A stretch of DNA of 29,962 nucleotides, taken from a virus. Lineage: Duplodnaviria > Caudoviricetes. The translations under genes and the position numbers were made by a program. The stretch is taken from positions 1 through 29,962 of IMG/VR virus record IMGVR_UViG_3300020269_000031. One strand, given 5' to 3'. Below the pieces are notes generated by a model that did not search any database, was not told where the DNA came from, and saw only the letters and a list, made by a program, of their open reading frames with translations. How positions within the stretch are numbered: position 1 is the first letter of the stretch; every line of letters starts with the position of its first letter. Shown here in pieces: positions 1-8,685 of the stretch.

Positions 1-1
1 A

Positions 2-1078
2 TCTGCAAGGTTTACTCCAGACGAAGCAACTACAATATTCAAACTTCGTGCATCTGGTTCTGGTGTTATCTACTCTCAACGTGGTACTGTCAACGAGGCA
101 TGGATTCCATTCGTTCCTCCAGGCGAAGGAAGTATCTTCGGAATCGGAGGTAGTGCAGAGTCTACTAAGGTTGAGGCAGAAGGTAAGACTCTATTCACCT
201 TCGAGGGTGCTTCTGAAGATAGTAAGGTTACCAATAACATTGGTAGTGGATCTCTTTATAGTATTGTTGGTGCAGCAGAATGTTACGCTGCATCTATATT
301 CAGCAAGGGTCTATTCAGAGTTCTTGGTACAGGTGCAGAGTCTACAACAAATCCAGTTGTTGGATTTGGAAGATTACCATCCGCAGGTGGTGCAGCAGAA
401 TCTCTATTCATCAATGCTCTTACAGAGGGAACTCTATTCTCTATCGAGGGTACTGCTGGAGAGAGGGAGACCAATGCAGAAGTTGGATCTGGATCTGCTA
501 CCTTCGGATTTACACCTCTTGGGGATGCTACACAAAAAGTTACCAGAGATATTATTGGATCTGGTCGCTTACCTTCTGCTGGTGGATCTGCAGAGGTTGC
601 AGCATTCGTTGGTGCAGCAAACGGACTCTTCAATGTTGATGGTACAGCAGATCAATCAAGAACAAATTCTTATGTTGGTTCTGGATCTATACCTGCTCCT
701 GGCGGTGCTGCAGAAAGCATATCCAACGTCGAAGAATCCTTTGTTCTCTTCGATATTAGTGGTGGAGCAGATATTAGTCTCGCACCTGCATATGATGGTG
801 CTGGTCAAGTCAGAGTTGGACTTAGTAACGATGGATTACCTGGAGATATATCAAGAGGTATTACAATATTCAGACTCAGGATTCTTCCTGGACGTGGACT
901 TAATGGAGCTAAGGTTGGATTCAGTGGAACCAAAGATGAGTCCTTTACACCTGCACCTCATATATGTGAAGGTCTCATTGATATCCAGACACCTTATGAT
1001 TCTGCTGGTGAACCAGGTGGAGAGTCAGAATATATTGAATACAAGCGTGGTCAACCAACAAGAATCGTAGTAATTTAA
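2..1078 (+). CDS. C-terminal part of a large virion structural/fibre-like repeat protein (5' truncated; not in the ORF track because this part has no Met)
   Basis: Frame +2 is open from the window start to TAA at 1076-1078 and reads SARFTPDEATTIFKLRASGSG...YKRGQPTRIVVI*. It has ~40-aa tandem units (GxGxLxxxGGxAE...LFxxxG) and the same codon style as the neighbouring structural genes. A late promoter follows directly. Confidence 0.85.
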   Translation, partial: SARFTPDEATTIFKLRASGSGVIYSQRGTVNEAWIPFVPPGEGSIFGIGGSAESTKVEAEGKTLFTFEGASEDSKVTNNIGSGSLYSIVGAAECYAASIFSKGLFRVLGTGAESTTNPVVGFGRLPSAGGAAESLFINALTEGTLFSIEGTAGERETNAEVGSGSATFGFTPLGDATQKVTRDIIGSGRLPSAGGSAEVAAFVGAANGLFNVDGTADQSRTNSYVGSGSIPAPGGAAESISNVEESFVLFDISGGADISLAPAYDGAGQVRVGLSNDGLPGDISRGITIFRLRILPGRGLNGAKVGFSGTKDESFTPAPHICEGLIDIQTPYDSAGEPGGESEYIEYKRGQPTRIVVI

Positions 1079-1080
1079 AT

Positions 1081-1088
1081 GATAAATA
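1081..1088 (+). promoter_or_regulatory. T4-type late promoter (GATAAATA)
   Basis: Intergenic NATAAATA about 30 nt upstream of the ATG at 1118; matches the T4/cyanomyovirus late promoter consensus. Confidence 0.7.
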
Positions 1089-1117
1089 ACTAATAACAGC
1101 ATTTTCACAATCCTTTA

Positions 1118-1573
1118 ATGGCTAATACCAAACGGGTACAACTGCGTAAAGGAACGGAGCTAGAACATGCGTCCTTTACTGGAGCTTTGGCCGAGGTAAC
1201 TTTTGATACTGATAAGGGTACGATTCGAGTACACGATGGACTAACATTATCTGGTGTAGAAATACAAAAATCCAGGTTAGAAGATTTGAATAATTCTCAT
1301 AATGGTAATGTACTTATGACCAACATGAAGTACTTTGTTGACACCTCTAACGCTCCATTCACAGTTAGTTTACCATCCCTCCGTTACTATGGGGACACCA
1401 TACACCTGGCAGATTCCAAATACACTTGGAATATAAATAATCTTACAGTAAATGCTGCAGGTAGCGACCAGATAAAAGATAGTACTGGGTTTATCGACAC
1501 ATTTTTAAATTGTGACGTTGCTGGTGCATATGTCGAACTTGTTTGGGAAGGAACCTACTGGAGGATGTTTTAA
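1118..1573 (+). CDS. Tail-fibre-associated structural protein with Mtd_N-like N-terminus and a phage fibre C-terminal module
   Basis: The N-terminus VQLRKGTELEHASFTGALAEVTFDTDKGTIRVHDG is typical of the major tropism determinant N-terminal domain. The C-terminal YFVDTS..FTVSLP..GDTI..D...W..NNLTV module is also found in the 1386-aa and 644-aa proteins. Confidence 0.75.
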   Translation: MANTKRVQLRKGTELEHASFTGALAEVTFDTDKGTIRVHDGLTLSGVEIQKSRLEDLNNSHNGNVLMTNMKYFVDTSNAPFTVSLPSLRYYGDTIHLADSKYTWNINNLTVNAAGSDQIKDSTGFIDTFLNCDVAGAYVELVWEGTYWRMF

Positions 1574-1930
1574 ATGAATCTATCAAGAATGGAAGAAGGC
1601 CGCAAGGCTGTAACACAATCTAACGATTTCGTAGTTCATGCTCTACGTAGAGATGCCGATGGCATGCTTCGTTATACTAAGGTTAGTTCTGGAAGTACCG
1701 ATGTTGCGGATTTCCATAGATTGGACGGGACTCAATATCCAGGGTTCCTTGAAGGCGAAGATTACGTCGATGAAACAACTGAAGACAAAGAATATAAGAA
1801 TGATGTAAATGATAAATATCAACAGTATAGATTTGACTTCAGGAATTTACATTATTTTATTGACTCTGATGGATATTTGACTGCACGAGTCAACGGCACA
1901 TATGATTATTCAACTATAGGACCTCAATAG
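1574..1930 (+). CDS. Hypothetical protein, probably virion structural
   Basis: 118-aa ORF starting directly after the previous stop codon, inside a structural operon. Confidence 0.7.
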   Translation: MNLSRMEEGRKAVTQSNDFVVHALRRDADGMLRYTKVSSGSTDVADFHRLDGTQYPGFLEGEDYVDETTEDKEYKNDVNDKYQQYRFDFRNLHYFIDSDGYLTARVNGTYDYSTIGPQ

Positions 1931-1948
1931 CGTAAGGATTAACACAAA

Positions 1949-4900
1949 ATGGCTGATTTTAGATTAGGAAGACTAAAATTCAATTGGAGAGGCGACTGGG
2001 TTGCATCCACTGCTTATGTCATCGACGACATTGTAAAGTTTGGTGCGAACACTTATGTCTGCACAACCAATCACACCTCTGCTGCAAGTGAGACAACTTG
2101 GTATACTACCGATGCGTCGAATTGGCAGTTGCACACAGAGGGTATAAGAAACGTTGGAACTTATGCCAACGGAACCTTCTATAAGATTAACGACGTACTT
2201 AAGTATGGTAATACTCAGTACAGAGTTACTGCTGGTATTGGCACAACAGATCCGCTATTGTTTGCTGCTGCGACCTATACACCACAATCCGTAGATTATA
2301 ATCCAGTAACTGGTGTGATGACAATCGTCATTAACGGTCATGGATTATCAAACGGTGAAGAAATTAAAATTGCGGACCTATCAATTACATTAACTTGTAA
2401 TGAAGATAGTCATCAAACTAACCACAGATATCCAAGAGTTAGTGACCCTATATCAAAGCAATGGTTACCTATTTCAAACGTAACTCAAAATAGTTTTGAT
2501 GTACAGGTATTACAAACTGCTCCTTCAACTAACACAACACAGCATTTGTTTGTGTCTGCTACTGAAGGATGTATTAGTAGAAAAGTCAATACATTTAACG
2601 TTACTTCCTATACATCTGGATTTAACGGAGAGGGTGCATGGAATGCAGGTATCATCTATGAGGTCGGTGATGTTGTAAGCTATGCTGGTAACTCTTATGT
2701 TGCTATCACAACAACAACTCAAGGTGTAATTCCTCCAACTGAGCTTCTAAACGAGTGGAACTTCCTATCCGAAGGTGTAGATGCTGTTGGTCTTTCAACT
2801 TATGAAGATGGTGTAACATACTACAAGGGTCAACTTGTACAAACAGGTGGTAATGTTTATCGCCACAACGCAACTTCTTCTGTTAACGTTCACCCAACCA
2901 AGGGTCTAACCACTGGTATTGGATCAACAATGGTTGGTGTTGCTGCTACAGCATGGATTCTATTTAACCAAGGTTTAAGATATGACGGATCGTATTCTAC
3001 AGATAAGGAATACTATCCAAATGATGTTGTTGAGTATTCATCATCATCTTATGTCGGTATTGGTTCTACCGCATGGAAGGGTGTAACACCTGGAACCAAC
3101 GCAGATCTATGGTCTGCACTGTCACTCGGAGATTCTAATGCGGTTCTAACGCAACCAGGTGACGTTTTAATCAGAGACAATACCTCTCCAGTGAGATTAG
3201 GAGCAGGTCAAACAGGTCAAACATTAGGTATCAGTACACTAGGTATTCCTGCATGGCAGACTAGTGGTAACTCAACTCGTATCTACTATGTTGACCCTGA
3301 GAAAGGATCTGATACTTACAATGGTAGTTCTCCAGACATGTCCTTCAGAACTCTGAAGTATGCATGTGATAATGCGAGTGCTATTACAAACATTACAGGA
3401 TTTGTATATGACCATGTAACGGGTCTATCAACAGTTACAGCACCTTCACACGGTATTCTTTATCCTAACGTTACAGTTCGTCTTAACAGAGTTAAGTTCG
3501 GATGTTACTCAGGAGGTAGAACTTACTTAGTTAACGCCTTCCAGTATGATGGACAGTCTGGTATCGGTACTGTTACTGTTGGTGCAGCGATGACAGGTAT
3601 CACTGCTGGTGATTCTGTCAGATTAGATAACTTAAAACTAACATGTCCAGGATATTCTGGATTCACTACTGACATCTATCCAGATGGAACTCGTGCAAAT
3701 GGAAACAACTTTGTAGTTGATACTGTTTTAACACCTCAGTCATTCAACTTTAACGTTGGTGTATCTACATTCCAGCACGTTTACGTCTCTGGTGGTACAG
3801 TATTCGTTGGTCTTACAAGTAGTTACTTCCCAAGCACGGTTCTTGGATCTTACTTTAACATTAACGAAGTTGTTGACAACAATACCTTCACGGTAAACGT
3901 TGGTGTATCAACAATTTCTCACACATATGAGGCAGAAGGTACTGTTATTAACCTATCTCCTGCTGTTGTTCGTTGTTCTGCTTCTGAATTCGTTGAGCAG
4001 ACTCCGATTGTTGTTCCTCCGTTCACATCAGTTGTTGGATCTACTCTAAGATCTTCAATGATCAGACCTGCTTCTGGTCTGTCTGCTGACGGAGTAACAG
4101 ATAACAACCGTAATACTTTATTCCAACTATCTGACTCTACAACTATTCAGGGTCTGAACTTCAAAGGAATGGTTGGATTTAATTATGATGCTGATAATCC
4201 TACTCAGTTAGAATACTCCAGTGTAAGAACTGGTGTTGGTTCTACTGCTTGTGGTGCTTACTTCGCATTCAACCCTGTATCACCTATTCTGAACAAGTCT
4301 CCTTATGTTAAGGACTGTACAGCATTCGGTGAACCTCCAACTGGTTCTGACGCAAGAATAACTGGTGAGGGTGCTGGTGTTGGATGTCTAATTGACGGTG
4401 GTGTTCACGCCACTGGATTCAGAACGATGGTGTTCGACGCATTCACCAACGTTCTAAGTGACGGTGCTGGATTCATCCTAGACAAGGGTGCTGGTGCTGA
4501 GATTGTGTCTTCCTTCACATACTATGCTAAGTGGGGTTACTATTCAGGTGGTGGATCTAGAATCCGTGCTGTTGGTGGTAACAACTCTTATGGTGACTAT
4601 GGTGTTATCTCTTCTGGATTCAACACTGATGAGGTTCCAAGAACAGCGAGACTCTTCGGTGACAGAATGGACATCACCACTGGATCTATTACTAACACAT
4701 GTGCTGTTGGTAACACCATGATTGGTGAAACATCTGGTGCTTATGCTACCTATATTAACGATCAGACTGCTGCAGATAGGGTTTACTTCAAGTACTATCC
4801 TGGCTATGGTGATCCTTCAATCGGTGGTGGCGGTACTGGTATTGGTACTACATCATTCATTAAGGGTGAGCAAATTACATTCATCGGTGCTGGTACAACT

Positions 4901-6109
4901 GGTGCTCTACAAGTTAAGAACGTTACTGGATCAGTTAGTGGTCAGAAGGGCGTTATTATGGAACTTGACCTAGCAGATCCTAACAACTTACCACTCGTGG
5001 GTGACGCAGTTGGATTTACAACTACTGCTGCTGGTATTGGTTCTGACAGAATTGATGGGCAACCAAGGTACTATATTGTTAACGCTGTAACTGGATTCCA
5101 GACTAACTTCACACAGAATCGTGGATCTTCAGGTAACACTGCTCCTGTAACATATACAGGTCGCTTAACCATCACAATTTCTCCTGAGAAAGGTGTTGGA
5201 ACATGGGATACACGTCTATCTGGACTATCAACAACTGGTGCAGATGTTGCACACGGCGGTTCGTTCCTAGAGTTTAGAAGTAAGTTCTCTAACGCACGTC
5301 TAACTGGACACGACTTCTTATCAGTTGGTGTTGGTAACAAGGTTGAAACTAACTATCCTGATGTGAACGAAGCAAACGTCGTTCAGGGTAATGAGACTAA
5401 CACCTTCGGACCAGGTAAGGTATTCTACGTATCTACTGACCAAGGTGGTAACTTCAGAGTTGGTGACTTGTTCGCAGTTAACCAGTTGACTGGTGCTGCA
5501 ACCTTGGATGCTTCTGCATTCAACCTATCTGGTTTGACAGAATTGAGACTGGGTTCATTGGGTGGTCAAATTGGTGAGGCGATCTCTGAATTCTCCTCTG
5601 ACGAGACCATGAGTGGCAACTCTAACAATGCTTGCCCAACTGAATTTGCACTTGTTGGTTACATAACTCGTGGAAACATGGGTACTGATCAGATGGTTCC
5701 ACCTAAGGGAACTACTGCTCAGAGACCAGCAGTTCCAATCCTTGGTGGTCTACGTTACAACACAACAATTGCTGCCTTTGAATCTTATAACGGTTCTGCT
5801 TGGGTTCCACTCGGAGGTCTACAGAACGTTGATGTCACCTCTACTTACACTGCTTCATCATTCCAGACATGCTGGTGTAATACAAGTGGTGGTGGATTCA
5901 CCGTTACTTTACCTGCTGCACCTAATAAGGGTGATACAATTAGGTTCTTTGACGTTGCTAAGACATTTGATTCTAACAACCTAACGATTGGTAGAAATGG
6001 AAAACCAATTATGGGTGATTCAGCTGATATGACAGTTAACACTGAGGGTGCTGCATTTGATCTCGTATTCTACGATAACTCCTCAGGTTGGAGAGTCTTC
6101 ACAGTCTAA
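1949..6109 (+). CDS. Large virion structural / tail-fibre protein (1386 aa)
   Basis: Five N-terminal CBM5/12-like repeats (W/Y....Y...D.V.Y.G..Y), a YYVDPEKGSD..NG motif, a G/S/T-rich beta-rich body, a PKGTTAQRP...LRYNTT motif and the shared C-terminal module. AAGGA RBS upstream and terminator downstream. Confidence 0.85.
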   Translation: MADFRLGRLKFNWRGDWVASTAYVIDDIVKFGANTYVCTTNHTSAASETTWYTTDASNWQLHTEGIRNVGTYANGTFYKINDVLKYGNTQYRVTAGIGTTDPLLFAAATYTPQSVDYNPVTGVMTIVINGHGLSNGEEIKIADLSITLTCNEDSHQTNHRYPRVSDPISKQWLPISNVTQNSFDVQVLQTAPSTNTTQHLFVSATEGCISRKVNTFNVTSYTSGFNGEGAWNAGIIYEVGDVVSYAGNSYVAITTTTQGVIPPTELLNEWNFLSEGVDAVGLSTYEDGVTYYKGQLVQTGGNVYRHNATSSVNVHPTKGLTTGIGSTMVGVAATAWILFNQGLRYDGSYSTDKEYYPNDVVEYSSSSYVGIGSTAWKGVTPGTNADLWSALSLGDSNAVLTQPGDVLIRDNTSPVRLGAGQTGQTLGISTLGIPAWQTSGNSTRIYYVDPEKGSDTYNGSSPDMSFRTLKYACDNASAITNITGFVYDHVTGLSTVTAPSHGILYPNVTVRLNRVKFGCYSGGRTYLVNAFQYDGQSGIGTVTVGAAMTGITAGDSVRLDNLKLTCPGYSGFTTDIYPDGTRANGNNFVVDTVLTPQSFNFNVGVSTFQHVYVSGGTVFVGLTSSYFPSTVLGSYFNINEVVDNNTFTVNVGVSTISHTYEAEGTVINLSPAVVRCSASEFVEQTPIVVPPFTSVVGSTLRSSMIRPASGLSADGVTDNNRNTLFQLSDSTTIQGLNFKGMVGFNYDADNPTQLEYSSVRTGVGSTACGAYFAFNPVSPILNKSPYVKDCTAFGEPPTGSDARITGEGAGVGCLIDGGVHATGFRTMVFDAFTNVLSDGAGFILDKGAGAEIVSSFTYYAKWGYYSGGGSRIRAVGGNNSYGDYGVISSGFNTDEVPRTARLFGDRMDITTGSITNTCAVGNTMIGETSGAYATYINDQTAADRVYFKYYPGYGDPSIGGGGTGIGTTSFIKGEQITFIGAGTTGALQVKNVTGSVSGQKGVIMELDLADPNNLPLVGDAVGFTTTAAGIGSDRIDGQPRYYIVNAVTGFQTNFTQNRGSSGNTAPVTYTGRLTITISPEKGVGTWDTRLSGLSTTGADVAHGGSFLEFRSKFSNARLTGHDFLSVGVGNKVETNYPDVNEANVVQGNETNTFGPGKVFYVSTDQGGNFRVGDLFAVNQLTGAATLDASAFNLSGLTELRLGSLGGQIGEAISEFSSDETMSGNSNNACPTEFALVGYITRGNMGTDQMVPPKGTTAQRPAVPILGGLRYNTTIAAFESYNGSAWVPLGGLQNVDVTSTYTASSFQTCWCNTSGGGFTVTLPAAPNKGDTIRFFDVAKTFDSNNLTIGRNGKPIMGDSADMTVNTEGAAFDLVFYDNSSGWRVFTV

Positions 6110-6122
6110 TAAGACAAGACTT

Positions 6123-6152
6123 AAGGGGGACATGGGTTCCCCCTTCCTTTAT
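6123..6152 (+). terminator. Probable rho-independent terminator
   Basis: Stem AAGGGGGA (6123-6130) / TCCCCCTT (6138-6145) followed by CCTTTAT, just after the 1386-aa gene. Confidence 0.7.
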
Positions 6153-6162
6153 ATGATGTTCT

Positions 6163-6170
6163 AATAAATA
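6163..6170 (+). promoter_or_regulatory. T4-type late promoter (AATAAATA)
   Basis: Lies between the terminator and the AAGGA RBS / ATG 6190. Confidence 0.7.
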
Positions 6171-6189
6171 ATAAGGACTGATCTAACAA

Positions 6190-6972
6190 ATGGCTACTTA
6201 CGGAAGTTACAAAAAAATTGTACAAGGGCAGATTATTGATTCGACAATCCCCAACTCTGCTCTAGCCCCTGGTGCTGGTCTGGCATATAATGTGTTCCAT
6301 GTATTTGGACAACAATGCCACTGCTCCAGTGGTTGTTGCTGTTTGTGGACAGTACCAGTTGGGGTTAAGAGAGTAACCTTTGAACTCTGGGGTGCTGGTG
6401 GAAATGGACACGGTGCTTGTTCTTGTAACAGGTGTCACCATTACCGTGGTGCTGGTGGAGGATTTTATAATAGTAAAACTATATCTACTACTGGTGGATG
6501 TACTTATACTATCTGTGCTGCAGGTGTTTATCGTTGTCTAAGTAGAGAATGTTCTGCTTGTACTGGATGCTCATCATACGTTAATGGTTACAACCTAAGT
6601 AACTTCTGTGCTATAGGTGGTGCTACTGGACTATCAAATACTTCATGGGATACAGCATGTAACTCTGATTGGGAGTGTTGCATAGGACCAACATCAAATA
6701 ACGGTGACTTCGGAATGGGTAACCACCGAGGACACTGGGGTGGAACAGTATTCTGTCACTGTAACTGGGTTACAACATGTACTACAAATGCTCCATTCCT
6801 AGCGGGTGGATCAGGTATGTCTCAGTCACAGGTTAACTGCTGGATGAGATGTGGAGACTTCTATGCTCCATATGGAGTTGGTGGACAGGGTGCGATGACT
6901 ACTTACTGCGAACGCTGCTGTGGACAAGGCGGTACTGGTGGTAGTGGCGTTGTTAAAATTACATACACATAA
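6190..6972 (+). CDS. Cys/Gly-rich protein, paralog 1 (glycine-rich phage adhesin-like domain)
   Basis: WTVP.GV......LWGAGG.G ... GG.GG.G.VKITY framework of phage glycine-rich domains; 26 Cys in 260 aa by manual count; AAGGACT RBS. Confidence 0.8.
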   Translation: MATYGSYKKIVQGQIIDSTIPNSALAPGAGLAYNVFHVFGQQCHCSSGCCCLWTVPVGVKRVTFELWGAGGNGHGACSCNRCHHYRGAGGGFYNSKTISTTGGCTYTICAAGVYRCLSRECSACTGCSSYVNGYNLSNFCAIGGATGLSNTSWDTACNSDWECCIGPTSNNGDFGMGNHRGHWGGTVFCHCNWVTTCTTNAPFLAGGSGMSQSQVNCWMRCGDFYAPYGVGGQGAMTTYCERCCGQGGTGGSGVVKITYT

Positions 6973-6987
6973 GGACTAGAATACACA

Positions 6988-7782
6988 ATGGCAAATTATT
7001 CAAGTTATAAAAAGTTAACAGGTGATGAGCTGGCAGATGGTTCAGTAGATGCTGCTGACTTAACGGTTGCTCTTAACGCTGTGTATGGTGTTAAATGGTT
7101 CTACGGTTCACCAGGTGCTTGTACACCAGGTTGCTGTTGCCTTTGGACAGTTCCTACTGGTGTAAAGAAACTCCATATTCAAATGTGGGGTGCTGGTGGT
7201 AACGGTTCAGGAATGTGTTCTTGTAATAGATGTCATCACTACATGGGTAGTGGTGGTGGATACTACAATACAAAAACTATTGATACTGCTGAGGGATGTA
7301 CATATACTGTATGTGCTGCTGGTGTTTATCGTTGTTACTCAAGAGAATGTACTGGTTGTGAAGGATGTTCATCTTATGTAAATGGATATAATCTTTCTAA
7401 CTTCTGTGCTATTGGTGGTCAAAGAGGTAGATCACAAACATCATGGGCAACTTTATGTGTTTCTCGCTGGTGCTGCTGCCTAAATCCAGGTAACAATGGT
7501 GGTGAGTTCATGCAAGGTACTCACACTGGTGGTTGGGACGGTGCTGAATTTGTTTATGACAGAGGATTCTGTCATTGCTATAACAGATCACACTATTCTC
7601 AAGGTGCTGCATTGATTGGTACTGTATCACAGCAATCTATTAGAGAGTGCTGGGTACGTTGTGGTTGCTGGACTGTGCCTTATGGTAACGGTGGACAAAA
7701 CGCTATGACTACATATTGTGAACGCTGTTGCGGTCAAGGTGGTACTGGTGGCGGTGGACTTGTAAAAATTACATACTTCTAA
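6988..7782 (+). CDS. Cys/Gly-rich protein, paralog 2
   Basis: Colinear with paralog 1 (MA.Y.SYKK start, GCCCLWTVP, CSCNRC, YCERCCGQGG); 26 Cys by manual count; AAGGACT RBS. Confidence 0.8.
   Translation: MANYSSYKKLTGDELADGSVDAADLTVALNAVYGVKWFYGSPGACTPGCCCLWTVPTGVKKLHIQMWGAGGNGSGMCSCNRCHHYMGSGGGYYNTKTIDTAEGCTYTVCAAGVYRCYSRECTGCEGCSSYVNGYNLSNFCAIGGQRGRSQTSWATLCVSRWCCCLNPGNNGGEFMQGTHTGGWDGAEFVYDRGFCHCYNRSHYSQGAALIGTVSQQSIRECWVRCGCWTVPYGNGGQNAMTTYCERCCGQGGTGGGGLVKITYF
7303..7352 (+). repeat. 50-bp exact direct repeat, copy 1 (copy 2 at 8109-8158)
   Basis: TATACTGTATGTGCTGCTGGTGTTTATCGTTGTTACTCAAGAGAATGTAC is identical in paralogs 2 and 3. Confidence 0.85.
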
Positions 7783-7793
7783 AGGACTTAAAA

Positions 7794-8576
7794 ATGGCAG
7801 TTTATTCAAGCTATAAAAAGATAGATGGATCTAGTTTACCTCCAGGTAGTGTTACTGCTGGTAAATTAAATGCCACTGGATTGGATACGTGGAATGTTAA
7901 ATGGGTTTATGGTAATCCAGTTCCATGTTCTACAGGTTGCTGCTGTTTATGGACAGTTCCAACAGGAGTAGCAAGAGCAACGTTTGAAATCTGGGGTGCT
8001 GGTGGTAACGGACATGGAGCATGTTCTTGTAATAGATGCCAAATTTATGCTGGTGCTCAAGGTGGGTACTATGCTACTAGAACTATTAATGTAACACCAG
8101 GTGATACTTATACTGTATGTGCTGCTGGTGTTTATCGTTGTTACTCAAGAGAATGTACAGGTTGTTGTGGATGTATGTCATATGTTAATGGTAATAATTT
8201 AAGTAACTTCTGTGCTATAGGTGGTAGAGGTGCTTGTGCTCAGGGTAACTGGTCATATGGTTGCTTCTCTAACAATGCTTGCTGCCGAGGTCCTAATGAT
8301 AACGGAGCAGAATTTGGAATGGGTAACATGGCTGGTGGATTCTGGAACCCAAGAGGTGTATTCTGTCACTGCCACGGTAGATTTAATATTCCTACTGCTG
8401 CACCATTTATTGGTACTAACGTCTTTACTAACCAGAACTTCTGTTGGATTCGTTGTGGATGCTGGACTGTTCCATACGGACATGGTGGACAAAGTGCTAT
8501 GACCAACTATTGCGAACGCTGTTGTGGTCAAGGTGGTACTGGTGGACCAGGACTTGTCAAGATTACATACGTTTGA
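7794..8576 (+). CDS. Cys/Gly-rich protein, paralog 3 (start revised from 7728 to 7794)
   Basis: ATG 7794 gives MAVYSSYKK, matching the starts of both paralogs, and has the same AAGGACT RBS; 26 Cys by manual count. Confidence 0.8.
   Translation: MAVYSSYKKIDGSSLPPGSVTAGKLNATGLDTWNVKWVYGNPVPCSTGCCCLWTVPTGVARATFEIWGAGGNGHGACSCNRCQIYAGAQGGYYATRTINVTPGDTYTVCAAGVYRCYSRECTGCCGCMSYVNGNNLSNFCAIGGRGACAQGNWSYGCFSNNACCRGPNDNGAEFGMGNMAGGFWNPRGVFCHCHGRFNIPTAAPFIGTNVFTNQNFCWIRCGCWTVPYGHGGQSAMTNYCERCCGQGGTGGPGLVKITYV
8109..8158 (+). repeat. 50-bp exact direct repeat, copy 2
   Basis: Identical to 7303-7352. Confidence 0.85.
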
Positions 8577-8600
8577 TATAGTATAAACGATATATGTATT

Positions 8601-8626
8601 AGAGGAGGGTTAATACCCTCCTTTTT
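8601..8626 (+). terminator. Rho-independent terminator
   Basis: AGGAGGGT-TAAT-ACCCTCCT stem-loop followed by a T run, after the third paralog. Confidence 0.85.
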
Positions 8627-8638
8627 AATGTTTAATAT

Positions 8639-8646
8639 TATAAATA
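8639..8646 (+). promoter_or_regulatory. T4 late promoter (TATAAATA)
   Basis: Perfect consensus, intergenic, upstream of ATG 8686. Confidence 0.8.
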
Positions 8647-8685
8647 ATACCGAAGGAGATTACCTGAACAAACCCGAAAACTATT

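Noticed and set aside
48-1070. 340-aa ORF from the ORF track (frame +3), plus 280..639 (+) and 283..633 (-)
   Set aside because: The L/V/Q-rich composition is the typical off-frame read of a Gly/Ala/Ser-rich gene. Frame +2 gives a coherent repeat protein ending just before a late promoter.
1432-1818. TATAAATA (1432-1439) and GATAAATA (1811-1818) inside coding regions
   Set aside because: They could be internal late promoters, but such matches arise easily by chance in AT-rich coding DNA and there is no independent support
2496-6042. Short ORFs on both strands inside the 1386-aa gene
   Set aside because: Fully nested shadow frames with no recognisable motifs
7728-7793. N-terminal extension of paralog 3 given in the ORF track
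   Set aside because: It overlaps paralog 2. The ATG at 7794 has the shared RBS and the paralogous N-terminus.
6190-8576. Cys-rich trio as RiPP precursors or metallothioneins for the downstream enzymes
   Set aside because: They are 260-aa proteins with a phage glycine-rich domain framework, followed by a tail chaperone, with no leader/core layout, protease or exporter. They are kept only as possible modification targets.
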